From Promethearchaeota archaeon (GTDB taxonomy: Archaea; Asgardarchaeota; Lokiarchaeia; Sigyniarchaeales; SOKP01), in contig SHMW01000060.1 in NCBI GenBank assembly GCA_008080735.1, positions 1 to 20,199 of the forward strand: 20,199 nt of DNA. Direction: 5' to 3'. The notes below the pieces were generated by a model. That model saw only the letters and a list, made by a program, of their open reading frames with translations. It was not told the DNA's origin and made no database searches. The translations under genes and the position numbers were made by a program. Shown here one piece after another: positions 8,685-17,810 of the stretch (its first letter is position 1; each line of letters begins with the position of its first letter).

Positions 8685-9401
8685 ATGATTTTGCCTCTAA
8701 CAAAAATTATAATTGGTTTTTCTAATCTGGTTTTTTTCATCATCGCTCTCATTGTAGGATTGAAACTCATTATTAAATACCGAAATCAAAAGGATAAGAA
8801 CTATATTTTCGTAGGCATCACTTGGATTACCGTAGCAATGCCCTATTTTGCGACGGTAGTGAGTTTCCTCTACACTTTAACTACCGCGACCCTTATTTCA
8901 TTCACGATCTATATTATCATAAGTATGACCTTTTTCCCGATAGGGTTATTTCTATGGATAATGGCATTTACAAATCTTGCGTACGAGACACATAAAAACT
9001 CTATTAGGTCGCTTATAGCTGTCTATGTCCTCATATTTGAGATTATATTGTATATACTACTCTTCACCACTCCCTCTTACCTGGGTGAAATGATTCCGCC
9101 ATTCATTCCGAGATATGAGCCATACATTGTTTTCAATTATCTCGCGATGATTTTAGTTATCATAATAACGGGGATCTATTTTTCTTTACAATCCCTAAAA
9201 AGCTCTGATGAGAAGGTCTCATGGAAGGGAAAATTTCTCTTAGTCGCATTCATACTGACAACAATTGGAGGGATTCTCGATCTGGTACCTACCCCCGATC
9301 TGGTAATCTTTATTAAACGAACGATTACAATCACGGGTTCAATTTTATTTTATTTAGGGTTTTATCTTCCTCAATGGGTTGAAAGAAAGCTAATTAAATA
9401 G
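8685..9401 (+). CDS. Stand-alone seven-transmembrane protein of unknown function
   Basis: Seven hydrophobic segments in 238 aa, basic cytoplasmic loops, no soluble output domain; ends YLGFYLPQW. Confidence 0.7.
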   Translation: MILPLTKIIIGFSNLVFFIIALIVGLKLIIKYRNQKDKNYIFVGITWITVAMPYFATVVSFLYTLTTATLISFTIYIIISMTFFPIGLFLWIMAFTNLAYETHKNSIRSLIAVYVLIFEIILYILLFTTPSYLGEMIPPFIPRYEPYIVFNYLAMILVIIITGIYFSLQSLKSSDEKVSWKGKFLLVAFILTTIGGILDLVPTPDLVIFIKRTITITGSILFYLGFYLPQWVERKLIK

Positions 9402-9484
9402 AATTTTTCATTTTCTTTTTTCTAATTTGTTAAGATTTTTATTTCAAGGATTTATTTTTATGAATAATTTGATTAATTAAGATC

Positions 9485-9817
9485 ATGGGTGGAAAAGAAA
9501 TAGATGAACTCTTATGGCGCGAAAAACTTAGACAAAAAATATTTGGAATTAAGGAAAAATATCATCCGCGATTAGTTGCGAATCTATCAAAAGAAGCTCA
9601 TGATCGATATTTGATACGATACTCCATCTGTAAGCAGATTTTACCAATGGTAGATGACACAAAAGTATCTATAAAGGATATTTCCCAATTTATTGAAGGA
9701 AAACTTAGAGAAAGACAAGAAAAACTGAGATTTATAGAAAATACAGCTGATTTTGATCTAATAAAAATGGCGATCGAAGAATGGAAGGGTTTTGCCGATA
9801 TTTTAGGATTATATTAA
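9485..9817 (+). CDS. Hypothetical protein (110 aa, helical)
   Basis: Clean ATG ORF between co-oriented genes with protein-like composition; no recognisable motif. Confidence 0.65.
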   Translation: MGGKEIDELLWREKLRQKIFGIKEKYHPRLVANLSKEAHDRYLIRYSICKQILPMVDDTKVSIKDISQFIEGKLRERQEKLRFIENTADFDLIKMAIEEWKGFADILGLY

Positions 9818-9909
9818 TTATTTTTCCAAATCTGTCGAAAGGATTATATGCTTTCCAGTTTAATATATAATACATTTAGGAAAATAGAATACATAAGCAA
9901 TCAAAAAAA

Positions 9910-11250
9910 ATGTCAATTAAAGGAAAATATAAAGTGGTATTTATCGGCCCCTTCTACACGGGCTTCTTCATCGACTCTTCCGCCTTAATCGAGAAAGGGT
10001 ATACAACTATCCAAAATTCCATTATCAACCATTTTAAAAAAACCGGCGAGAAGGGATGGTTTATCGAGAATGACGATAAAGGTGAAGTCCTTTGGGATGT
10101 CGAGTTTACTTCTGTTTATGGGGGTACTCCAATGGTCCCTCCTTCACTTATCGGTAAAAACTTTACTTGCGAAGAAAATATAATTGAATTTGAAGGGATT
10201 GAATTTAATATTAGCAGAATTTTATTGTTCTATCATGATTATGGAGCAGGAACATTCCGCATAAAAGCCGAAGTAAATCTCACCAGAGAATTTGAAGTTA
10301 AGGAATATCGAGAGTTAGTAGAAAAATTTAGTGCTGAATTGTCCAGCTTGATTAACCCTATTATTGAAAATGATACAAATGACCTTAAAGGAGTTTTACA
10401 GACGAATTTGATCCCAATTGAATCATATGAAGAAATAAGTGAAGAACTCAAGCTCAAAAGTCTTGATTATTTACCTATTCGGACAGCCTTATGGTATCAT
10501 AGAGTTTTTATCTTTGAATTAGAAAAAAACGCTCCTATCACTCAAGAAGATTATAAGACTTATAAAGATGTCCTTTTTTCTTCTCAAATGGAAGGACCTC
10601 GCAATTGTTCGTTAAATGAATATGCTCAAGTCTACCCATCCTTCAATTTTTCACTGTATCTTTACGATAAGGATAATCGTCCTAAAGATATAAGACTGAA
10701 TAGAGTGCTTGAAATTGCTGAATATTATTATGCTGCCACTAGCTTATTAGACACGATATTATTTAACGCATTTGCAAAGTTTAAAGGTAAAAGAAAATCG
10801 GTTCCTAAAATCAAGGAATTAGAAATTGAGCTCGAATCATTGAAAAATCTTTCTGATCAGCTTGAATTATTCCTTTTAACCTTGAAAGACTCCATTATTA
10901 ACTTATCTCCTAGTTCCGTAATCATGTGGAGGAATATTGATAACGAATGGTATTATTCCCCAATGTTGGAAACCTTGAGAGAAAAAAGTGAACTTTTAAC
11001 CTCGGAAGTCAATGAAAAATTAGAAGAACTCACTCAAAAACGTTCGGAAACTCTGAATAAATTTGTAAAAATCTTCACACTCGTTGCCATAATCGGACCA
11101 ATCTTAGAGATTTATAGCATCGCTCAAGATTTAGGGTTATTTGAAGTTCTGGTAGAAAATTGGGTCTTGACTTTATGTATCAGTGTACCCGTAATGATTA
11201 CTATTGTTATATTGATCCTTTATTATATTCGGAAATTTACGAAATTCTAA
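9910..11250 (+). CDS. Membrane protein with CorA-like architecture (soluble domain, long helices, 2 C-terminal TMs), no GxN motif
   Basis: Coiled-coil stalk ending RSETLNKFVKIFTLVAIIGP resembles the CorA LNxxMKxLT helix; second TM followed by a basic tail (IRKFTKF). Confidence 0.55.
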   Translation: MSIKGKYKVVFIGPFYTGFFIDSSALIEKGYTTIQNSIINHFKKTGEKGWFIENDDKGEVLWDVEFTSVYGGTPMVPPSLIGKNFTCEENIIEFEGIEFNISRILLFYHDYGAGTFRIKAEVNLTREFEVKEYRELVEKFSAELSSLINPIIENDTNDLKGVLQTNLIPIESYEEISEELKLKSLDYLPIRTALWYHRVFIFELEKNAPITQEDYKTYKDVLFSSQMEGPRNCSLNEYAQVYPSFNFSLYLYDKDNRPKDIRLNRVLEIAEYYYAATSLLDTILFNAFAKFKGKRKSVPKIKELEIELESLKNLSDQLELFLLTLKDSIINLSPSSVIMWRNIDNEWYYSPMLETLREKSELLTSEVNEKLEELTQKRSETLNKFVKIFTLVAIIGPILEIYSIAQDLGLFEVLVENWVLTLCISVPVMITIVILILYYIRKFTKF

Positions 11251-11373
11251 TTCTATTTTGATTAAAAATTCATAATCTCCTTCCTTTTTTCTAAATAATT
11301 CTAACTTAGGTTCTAACATATAATTTTAGAAAAAAAGGTAAATTTTAAAAATTAAATCTTAAAATTTCTTTAT

Positions 11374-12729
11374 TTAGAGAACATATATAATTACATATAG
11401 ATATCCTATCCCGATTATTATATGAAGGATTGAGAACAGCGCTCCAATCTTAAACATATTTTTATAATTTACCTCGTTTACCTTATTATATTTAGCTAAT
11501 TCTAACGTCATCATATCTGCGGCACTTCCTTGAGGCAGAAAGTTCCCTCCCAAGTTGATCCCTAAAATAAACGCAATTAAAATAGGACCGCTATAAAAAA
11601 CAGGTAAAGCGAGCAAGATTTTAATTATCGGGATAAAAATTACGGTTACAGGCGCATTATCTAATAAACCACTTAGAATCGAGGTAATAATTAAAATAAC
11701 TATTGCCAAAATAAATTCATTCTCGTAAGATATACTTTCGATCCATTTTTCCACCATCAATATTGTTCCATTAAGCTGGAGTAAACCTACAAAAATAAAC
11801 AGACATACAAAGAAATATATTAATTTATAGTCGATGCGGTTTAGATAATGATATAGAGAGAAAGATTTGAGTTTTTTTTGTTTATTCACGGGATTTAAGA
11901 ACACAAATACAATAGCCCCCCCAATCGCAACGATATAATAAGCTTCAATAAAAACTAATAGGATAATTAATACAACTAATGCAACCAAGTTTTTTATAAA
12001 ACTTTTGTCAAATCCCGATTTTTTACCTTTATTCTCATCAATTCCCTCTTCCACTATATTTTTTCCATTCTCTTCTTTTGTATCTTCGTTAATCTTTTTC
12101 TTTTTTATCTTGGGATTTAGTATGTAAAACTGTAGTAGAATTAGTGTTATAGTGATAGTTATCATAAAATATGGAATAATGTTAATTAAAAACCATAAAA
12201 AGTCTAAATTAAATTCATTAGAAATCAATATATTTTGAGCGGAACCGAAGGGTGTAAGTGTTGCGGCTAGATTTACACATACCGATAATCCAAATAAATA
12301 GGGTGCGGGATTAATTCCAATTTTTCTACTGGATTTAATAATAATGGGAACTAAAATGATAGTTATAGAAATTGCAGCGACAAATGATGCCAGTAATGTT
12401 GATAACAGACAAAATATGTAAAATAGTTTTGTGGGTTTGTTTTGGTACCGAGCAATAATAAAATCTGCAATCTCTTCAAAGAATTGTGCTTCATTCAGTA
12501 CTTCTACAATTATAAACAATCCAATTATGAATATAATCACATCCCATTTGATTTGCAGAATATAAAATTCCAATTCTCTGGCTTCTTCCAAAAATATACC
12601 ACTCACTAACGAAGCGATGATGATAAAAAGGATTGAATATAAAATATAATCAAGTTTATCGAAGAATAATACAATTATAAGGCTAAGGAAACATATCAGG
12701 ACGAAGATTTGTAGAAACATTAAGCTCAT
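11374..12729 (-). CDS. ArsB/NhaD (SLC13/P-protein-like) ion transporter superfamily permease
   Basis: NLAATLTPFGSAQNI, LSGLLDNAP and NLGGNFLPQGSAA repeat motifs; many TM helices. Confidence 0.88.
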   Translation of the reverse strand: MSLMFLQIFVLICFLSLIIVLFFDKLDYILYSILFIIIASLVSGIFLEEARELEFYILQIKWDVIIFIIGLFIIVEVLNEAQFFEEIADFIIARYQNKPTKLFYIFCLLSTLLASFVAAISITIILVPIIIKSSRKIGINPAPYLFGLSVCVNLAATLTPFGSAQNILISNEFNLDFLWFLINIIPYFMITITITLILLQFYILNPKIKKKKINEDTKEENGKNIVEEGIDENKGKKSGFDKSFIKNLVALVVLIILLVFIEAYYIVAIGGAIVFVFLNPVNKQKKLKSFSLYHYLNRIDYKLIYFFVCLFIFVGLLQLNGTILMVEKWIESISYENEFILAIVILIITSILSGLLDNAPVTVIFIPIIKILLALPVFYSGPILIAFILGINLGGNFLPQGSAADMMTLELAKYNKVNEVNYKNMFKIGALFSILHIIIGIGYLYVIIYVL

Positions 12730-13274
12730 ATAGATTTTTTACTCCATATTGGATTTGGAATTAATTATATTCAAAATTAGATTTTGTATATAGCATAAAA
12801 GAAGAGTTGGAAACTAAATTTAAATCTTTGCTGAATCTGATATTCATCATTGGAGAGATTTTAATTCTACGAATTAATTATTCTTTGAGCTAACTAATGC
12901 CTGAATTTATCGATTTTTTTTAATTTTGGCGATTATGAGATTGGAAACACAATTTCAGCCATAATATTCCTTATTACGAGATTTCAAGAACTTATAAAAA
13001 CGGCGGAATGTTAGATGGAAAAGTATTTGAATAATCACTTCACATACCAAATTTCTATATTAATCAAACAAATAATATATTATAAATTGAATAATTGATT
13101 TTAAATGAATAAATTATACTCAAGCATGAATTCCAATGCTTCAACTGAAAATCCAGAGGAGTGAAAAGATAAATCATTCAAAGAAACACGAAACATGGGG
13201 CGGATAAATTCCATCTACTAATTTTACTATCAAAATTATTCATATAATGAAATTTAAGGTGATTTGAAAATAAT

Positions 13275-14036
13275 ATGCCAATAGAAATCGAGAAAAATTA
13301 TCCTGTCTTCACGATAATTATTAATAACCCAGATGTACAAAATGCTGTAGACCGACTAAGTGCTCAACAACTCGCAGACGCCTTTCGAAAATTTGAAAAT
13401 GATGAAGACGCTTTAGTTGCGGTATTATGGGGCTCAGGTGGGAACTTCTGTGCGGGAGCCAATCTAAAAGCAATAGCCGAAGGGCGAACTAATAGAATTG
13501 AATTAGAGGGGGATGGACCGATGGGACCAACTCGTATGCTTCTTTCTAAACCCGTAATTGCAGCAGTGGCGGGATATGCGGTCGCTGGAGGATTGGAATT
13601 AGCATTATGGTGCGACTTGCGAGTAGTAGAAAAATCTGCAATTTTTGGAGTATTTTGCCGAAGATTCGGTGTCCCATTAATAGATGGCGGTACCATCAGA
13701 TTACCTCGTCTAATAGGATTGAGTAGAGCATTAGATATGATACTAACTGGACGAGCCGTTAGTGCAGGTGAAGCATTGAATTGGGGTTTAGCAAACAGAG
13801 TAGTGGAGGATCGAAAATCGCGAGAAGAGGCGGAATCGGTGGCCAAAGAAATTTCGAAGTTTCCTCAAATTTGTATGAGAAATGATCGATTATCTGCATA
13901 CGAACAATATGGACTGAACATAAATGAAGCGTTGAAAAATGAATTTGAATATGGGTTAAAAACCCTAGCAAGCGGAGAGTATCTCGAAGGAAGTAGGAAA
14001 TTCAAGAATGGAAAAGGAAAACACGGAGAGTTTTAG
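13275..14036 (+). CDS. Enoyl-CoA hydratase/isomerase (crotonase) family protein
   Basis: FCAGANL, KPVIAAVAGYAVAGGLELALWCDLRV and RRFGVPLIDGG motifs. Confidence 0.95.
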   Translation: MPIEIEKNYPVFTIIINNPDVQNAVDRLSAQQLADAFRKFENDEDALVAVLWGSGGNFCAGANLKAIAEGRTNRIELEGDGPMGPTRMLLSKPVIAAVAGYAVAGGLELALWCDLRVVEKSAIFGVFCRRFGVPLIDGGTIRLPRLIGLSRALDMILTGRAVSAGEALNWGLANRVVEDRKSREEAESVAKEISKFPQICMRNDRLSAYEQYGLNINEALKNEFEYGLKTLASGEYLEGSRKFKNGKGKHGEF

Positions 14037-14042
14037 GAATTT

Positions 14043-14446
14043 CTAGCGACCATATGGATAATGCCATTTTAGGTACTTTTTAATTTTTCTTCCTTTAGTT
14101 AATTGCCATCTCCCAGGTACATCTCTTATGTCTATTTTTTTCTTCTTCCCATTCTTGAGTTTTACTATAAATTCCTAATAGGATTTATTAAGACTGTCGT
14201 CAGCCCCTCCCGATCTTTGTTTGAATCGGACTTTTCGGATCTTATCTTTTGGAATAATAAGTGGTTTTTTGTTTTTATATACTAATTTAGTTTGATTAGG
14301 CGTAAGGAAATCCTTTTCGGTTTCGCACGCAACATTGCCTTAAAAAATAGATAAACGGCAAGTAGAATTGATCCTCCAGCTATTATATAAATCCATTGCA
14401 CTTCTAATGGTACATAATTGATTATTGTACTTGAGAATAGAATTGA
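14043..14446 (-). pseudogene. Degraded small membrane protein gene (TM helix plus basic beta-rich domain), 5' end lost
   Basis: ...VQWIYIIAGGSILLAVYLFFKAMLRAKPKRI, then after a 1-nt frameshift near 14310 FLTPNQTKLVYKNKKPLIIPKDKIRKVRFKQRSGGADDSLNKSY*EFIVKLKNGKKKKIDIRDVPGRWQLTKGRKIKKYLKWHYPYGR*. Internal TAG at 14175-14177, final TAG at 14043-14045. Confidence 0.55.
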
Positions 14447-14524
14447 GGAGATCGTGTCCGACACCATTTAGGTGCGGTGGTCAAGGTAGCAGGAATCCCG
14501 CTCCTTTAGGTGCTGGTAGTTCAA
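14447..14524 (+). mobile_element. IS200/IS605-family right-end remnant (3' part of a TnpB omegaRNA scaffold), no transposase or tnpB
   Basis: GC-rich island in AT-rich DNA. GAAT (14493-14496), imperfect hairpin CCCGCTCC-TTTA-GGTGCTGG, then TAGT and TCAA (14521-14524), matching the GAAT guide and TCAA cleavage tetranucleotides known for the IS608 right end. Preceded by a second stem-loop CCGACACC-ATTTA-GGTGCGG. Confidence 0.7.
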
Positions 14525-14533
14525 AAATAAATG

Positions 14534-14547
14534 TTATCTATAGATAA
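14534..14547. promoter_or_regulatory. Perfect 14-bp palindrome TTATCTATAGATAA upstream of yjbQ, possible operator
   Basis: Perfect dyad; partial second copy TTATCTATA at 14565-14573. Confidence 0.3.
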
Positions 14548-14654
14548 TAAATAGTTTTTACAACTTATCTATAAATTTATTTAAACTAAGAGTTAAATAA
14601 GAGAAATGTTAAGTAACCATTAAAACCCATTTAACTCGAAGAGAGAAATTAATA

Positions 14655-15059
14655 ATGATTAAATTTAAACGAATAGAAGTTAAAACCACTGAACGAGAAA
14701 TCTTATTGGATATTACAGATAAAATTAAAAAAATAGTGAATGAAAGCGCTATAGCGGAGGGTGTTTGCCGGATATTTGTTCCTCATACAACCGCCGGAAT
14801 CACTATCAATGAAAATGCAGATCCTTCGGTAAAACATGATATTATTCAACACCTAAAGGAATTAATTCCTAAGAATGCCGATTTCTCACATCGCGAGGGA
14901 AATTCTGATGCTCATATTAAAAGTACCCTGATAGGACCCACATTAACAGTTTTGATTCACGAGGGAAGCTTAATATTAGGGACCTGGCAAGGATTAATGT
15001 TTGCGGAATATGATGGTCCTAGAAATAGGAAAGTGTATGTTCAAATTCAAGGAGAATAA
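14655..15059 (+). CDS. yjbQ: YjbQ/UPF0047 family protein (secondary thiamine-phosphate synthase-like)
   Basis: PHTTAGITINENADP, GNSDAHIKS and LGTWQGLMFAEYDGPR signatures. Confidence 0.95.
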   Translation: MIKFKRIEVKTTEREILLDITDKIKKIVNESAIAEGVCRIFVPHTTAGITINENADPSVKHDIIQHLKELIPKNADFSHREGNSDAHIKSTLIGPTLTVLIHEGSLILGTWQGLMFAEYDGPRNRKVYVQIQGE

Positions 15060-15211
15060 AAAAAATATCTTACTTTATTTTATTAAAAAATCTCCCTAAT
15101 ACATATTATGTCTTAGATTTTTATTATTTAAGTGAAATTTGCATAAAATTCAAAAATCGAGAACTCCAAATGAATTATAACTCTAAATAATAAAAATAAA
15201 TAAAATTTGAA

Positions 15212-16255
15212 ATGAAGATGAGATTTGACAATTTCTCTAATCTTGCGGAGATTAGGTCAAATATTATGAGAAAAAGGATCTCAAGCTATGATAAAACTGG
15301 TGCGAATGCAGATTTTCATTTAATAAAAGCTGAAGAATCATTAATTCTCTGCGATATCCCAGATTCAGGTATCATTAAGCATATATGGATGACGCTCGCC
15401 TCATCTGATGAATATTATTTGCGTAAAGCTTTATTAAGGATGTGGTGGGATAATGAGTCCACTCCTTCTGTGGAAGTACCAATAGGTGATTTTTTCGGAG
15501 TTGGACATGGAAAAACGGTCAATTATTGGAGCCTCCCGCTCTCTATGGGGCCTGAAGATGGTAAAGGATTTAATTGCTTTTTTCCGATGCCCTTCTCGGA
15601 GAGAGCGCGAATTGAGATTGAAAATGAATCAAATATGAATTTAGTATGTTATTTCTATATAGACTATGAGGTGCATCCCTCCCTTGATGAGAATGTAGGG
15701 AGATTTCATGCCCTATGGCGTCGAGAAAATCCATGCAATGGCAATGACTACACTACGAGCAGAAAAGTGGAGTTTAATCATAAAAAAAACCTAACACACG
15801 ATAAAGATTATGTTGTCCTAGATGCGGAGGGAGAAGGTCATTATGTTGGGATGCATTTAGATATTCACAATTTATTTGAAACAGATAAGCATAATTGGCC
15901 CGGAGAGGGTGATGATTATATTGAAATTGATGATGGTGAAACTATTTTATATGGAACTGGAACTGAGGATTATTTTTGCGGTGCGTGGTGTCCTACGCAG
16001 ACTTATAATTCTCCCTATTTTGGGATTACCCTGCCAGGTGGTGAGAATTGGAACGGTAAAATTTCATATTATCGATATCATATTCAAGATCCAATCTATT
16101 TTCATAAGAATATTAAAGTGAAAATAGAACATGGGCATGCAAATCAGCGATCGGACGACTGGAGCAGTACAGCTTATTGGTATCAAAAAGAACCACATAA
16201 ATACATACCAATCTCGCCTTTAAATGAGAGAATACCGCGAGGATCTTCTGAATAA
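15212..16255 (+). CDS. DUF2961 / glycoside hydrolase family 172 protein
   Basis: SSYD, GIIKHIWMT, PSVEVPIGDFFG, FNCFFPMPF, WPGEGD, GTGTEDYF, EHGHAN and SSTAYWYQ motifs. Confidence 0.9.
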   Translation: MKMRFDNFSNLAEIRSNIMRKRISSYDKTGANADFHLIKAEESLILCDIPDSGIIKHIWMTLASSDEYYLRKALLRMWWDNESTPSVEVPIGDFFGVGHGKTVNYWSLPLSMGPEDGKGFNCFFPMPFSERARIEIENESNMNLVCYFYIDYEVHPSLDENVGRFHALWRRENPCNGNDYTTSRKVEFNHKKNLTHDKDYVVLDAEGEGHYVGMHLDIHNLFETDKHNWPGEGDDYIEIDDGETILYGTGTEDYFCGAWCPTQTYNSPYFGITLPGGENWNGKISYYRYHIQDPIYFHKNIKVKIEHGHANQRSDDWSSTAYWYQKEPHKYIPISPLNERIPRGSSE

Positions 16256-16413
16256 CCTAATGTGGGTTTTAATTTATTTATAATTTTCATTCAAGATTAA
16301 CCTTCTTTCCTTTAATTCTTAGGTTCCTTTAAAAACATTTTTAGAGTACTTTTTTGTTAATAAGTTCCTAAAGAAAAAGAATTCCGTCATAATTAGCTAA
16401 ATTTTTTGCTTTT

Positions 16414-17661
16414 TCAAGCGTTAATTTGCCCCACTCTTTCAGAATTAACAAGAGTGGCTGTCATAATAAAGGCAATCAATATTAGGAAGAAAATAAGATA
16501 AAATGGATAAAAAATCGATTGTTCACCGAGAATTGAAAATATTATAGGCCCAATCGCGCTAGAAAAAAAGCCAATTGCATTGTTAAGACCGATACCTGTT
16601 CCCCTAAGGTCGGGGTTTATTTTAACTATAACCTGTAATATAAGAGTTGCACCAGCAGGATCATAAAGCGCTAAACCGATTCCAATTAATAAGGTTATTG
16701 TAGTAAATACAATAAAAATGTGAGCAATATCAAAGAAAAAAGGTATACCTGCTATTACTGCAATCGTTTGTCCTATTAACATCATCTTTCTTGGTCCTTG
16801 TCTATCAATAACCTTACCAGAGATGATGACAAAAAATACATATGAGGCAACAATTAATAATAAATAATAACTACTTGAAATTTCATCAATATTATAAAAA
16901 ACTTGAAGAACCCATATCAAATATGATACAACCCCTCCAAAAATAAACCACCTTAGACTATTGATGAAAACAGCGATTCCAAACTGCTTTTCTTTAAGTA
17001 ACAAAAGGATATTTCTTTTGTTAAAAGCCATACCATATGCTTTATCCCCTTCATGAGTCTCTCGTTTTTTTTCTGAATAATAGGGTTTAAATACAATTAT
17101 TAGAAATACCGCACTTATAAAGATGAGAATTCCAGAAATCGAGAAAATATTTCGGAAACCTAAATAACTTGAAATATATCCTCCGAGGATTATGCCACCA
17201 AAATAACCTATATTCATTGAAAGAGAATAATAACCCATCCCTTTACCATGGTTTTCTTCGCTGAAAACATCACTGACAATAGCTTGCAGAATTGAAGTAT
17301 AGGCCCCAACCCCTTGGATTGCTCGATAAATAATCAATTGAGTAATATCTTGAGCTGTGAAACAAAGAAGGGTTCCTATGGTATAAATTGCTATCGCAAT
17401 GATTACAATATTTTTCCTCCCATATTTATCTGAGGCTGCCGCTATTGGAAACTGAAAAATAGATTGCATAATACTAAAAATCCCTTTTACTAATCCATAT
17501 GAAAAAAGACTCTCCGCCAAATCAATGATAAAATTTGGCAATCCGATATCGATAATACTAAATCCTACGCTTCGTAAGGCTATGGCTAAAAGAACGCTAA
17601 ACAAAAGGATTTTTGTGTGCTTACCTAATTTCTGGATTGGTGGTTTTAACGTGCTATCCAT
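16414..17661 (-). CDS. MFS transporter (DHA1/MFS_1-like)
   Basis: Motif A-like AASDKYGRK and GKVIDRQGPR, RAIQGVG; about 12 TM helices. Confidence 0.9.
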   Translation of the reverse strand: MDSTLKPPIQKLGKHTKILLFSVLLAIALRSVGFSIIDIGLPNFIIDLAESLFSYGLVKGIFSIMQSIFQFPIAAASDKYGRKNIVIIAIAIYTIGTLLCFTAQDITQLIIYRAIQGVGAYTSILQAIVSDVFSEENHGKGMGYYSLSMNIGYFGGIILGGYISSYLGFRNIFSISGILIFISAVFLIIVFKPYYSEKKRETHEGDKAYGMAFNKRNILLLLKEKQFGIAVFINSLRWFIFGGVVSYLIWVLQVFYNIDEISSSYYLLLIVASYVFFVIISGKVIDRQGPRKMMLIGQTIAVIAGIPFFFDIAHIFIVFTTITLLIGIGLALYDPAGATLILQVIVKINPDLRGTGIGLNNAIGFFSSAIGPIIFSILGEQSIFYPFYLIFFLILIAFIMTATLVNSERVGQINA

Positions 17662-17810
17662 TTATTACATCAACTATCTTTAAAATTTAAAAAGATATTT
17701 AAAATTAATCTAAAGGAAGCTTAGTTAACTATTGAATTAATTAATAAAAAAATATTTACAAAATTGATTCAAAAAATATACAATTTTCTTCGATTAGGGA
17801 GAACTATACT

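Noticed and set aside
8685-9401. Microbial rhodopsin
   Set aside because: No DxxxK/SxxxK retinal lysine in mid-helix 7 and no RYxxW in helix 3.
10239-10457. Minus-strand 72-aa ORF
   Set aside because: Antisense shadow of the CorA-like gene.
13364-13971. Minus-strand ORFs 13364-13846 and 13759-13971
   Set aside because: Antisense shadows of the well-conserved crotonase.
14103-14285. Plus-strand 60-aa ORF
   Set aside because: Antisense to the reconstructed pseudogene; Phe-rich because it mirrors Lys codons.
15876-16121. Alternate-frame 81-aa ORF
   Set aside because: Inside the GH172 gene; no independent support.
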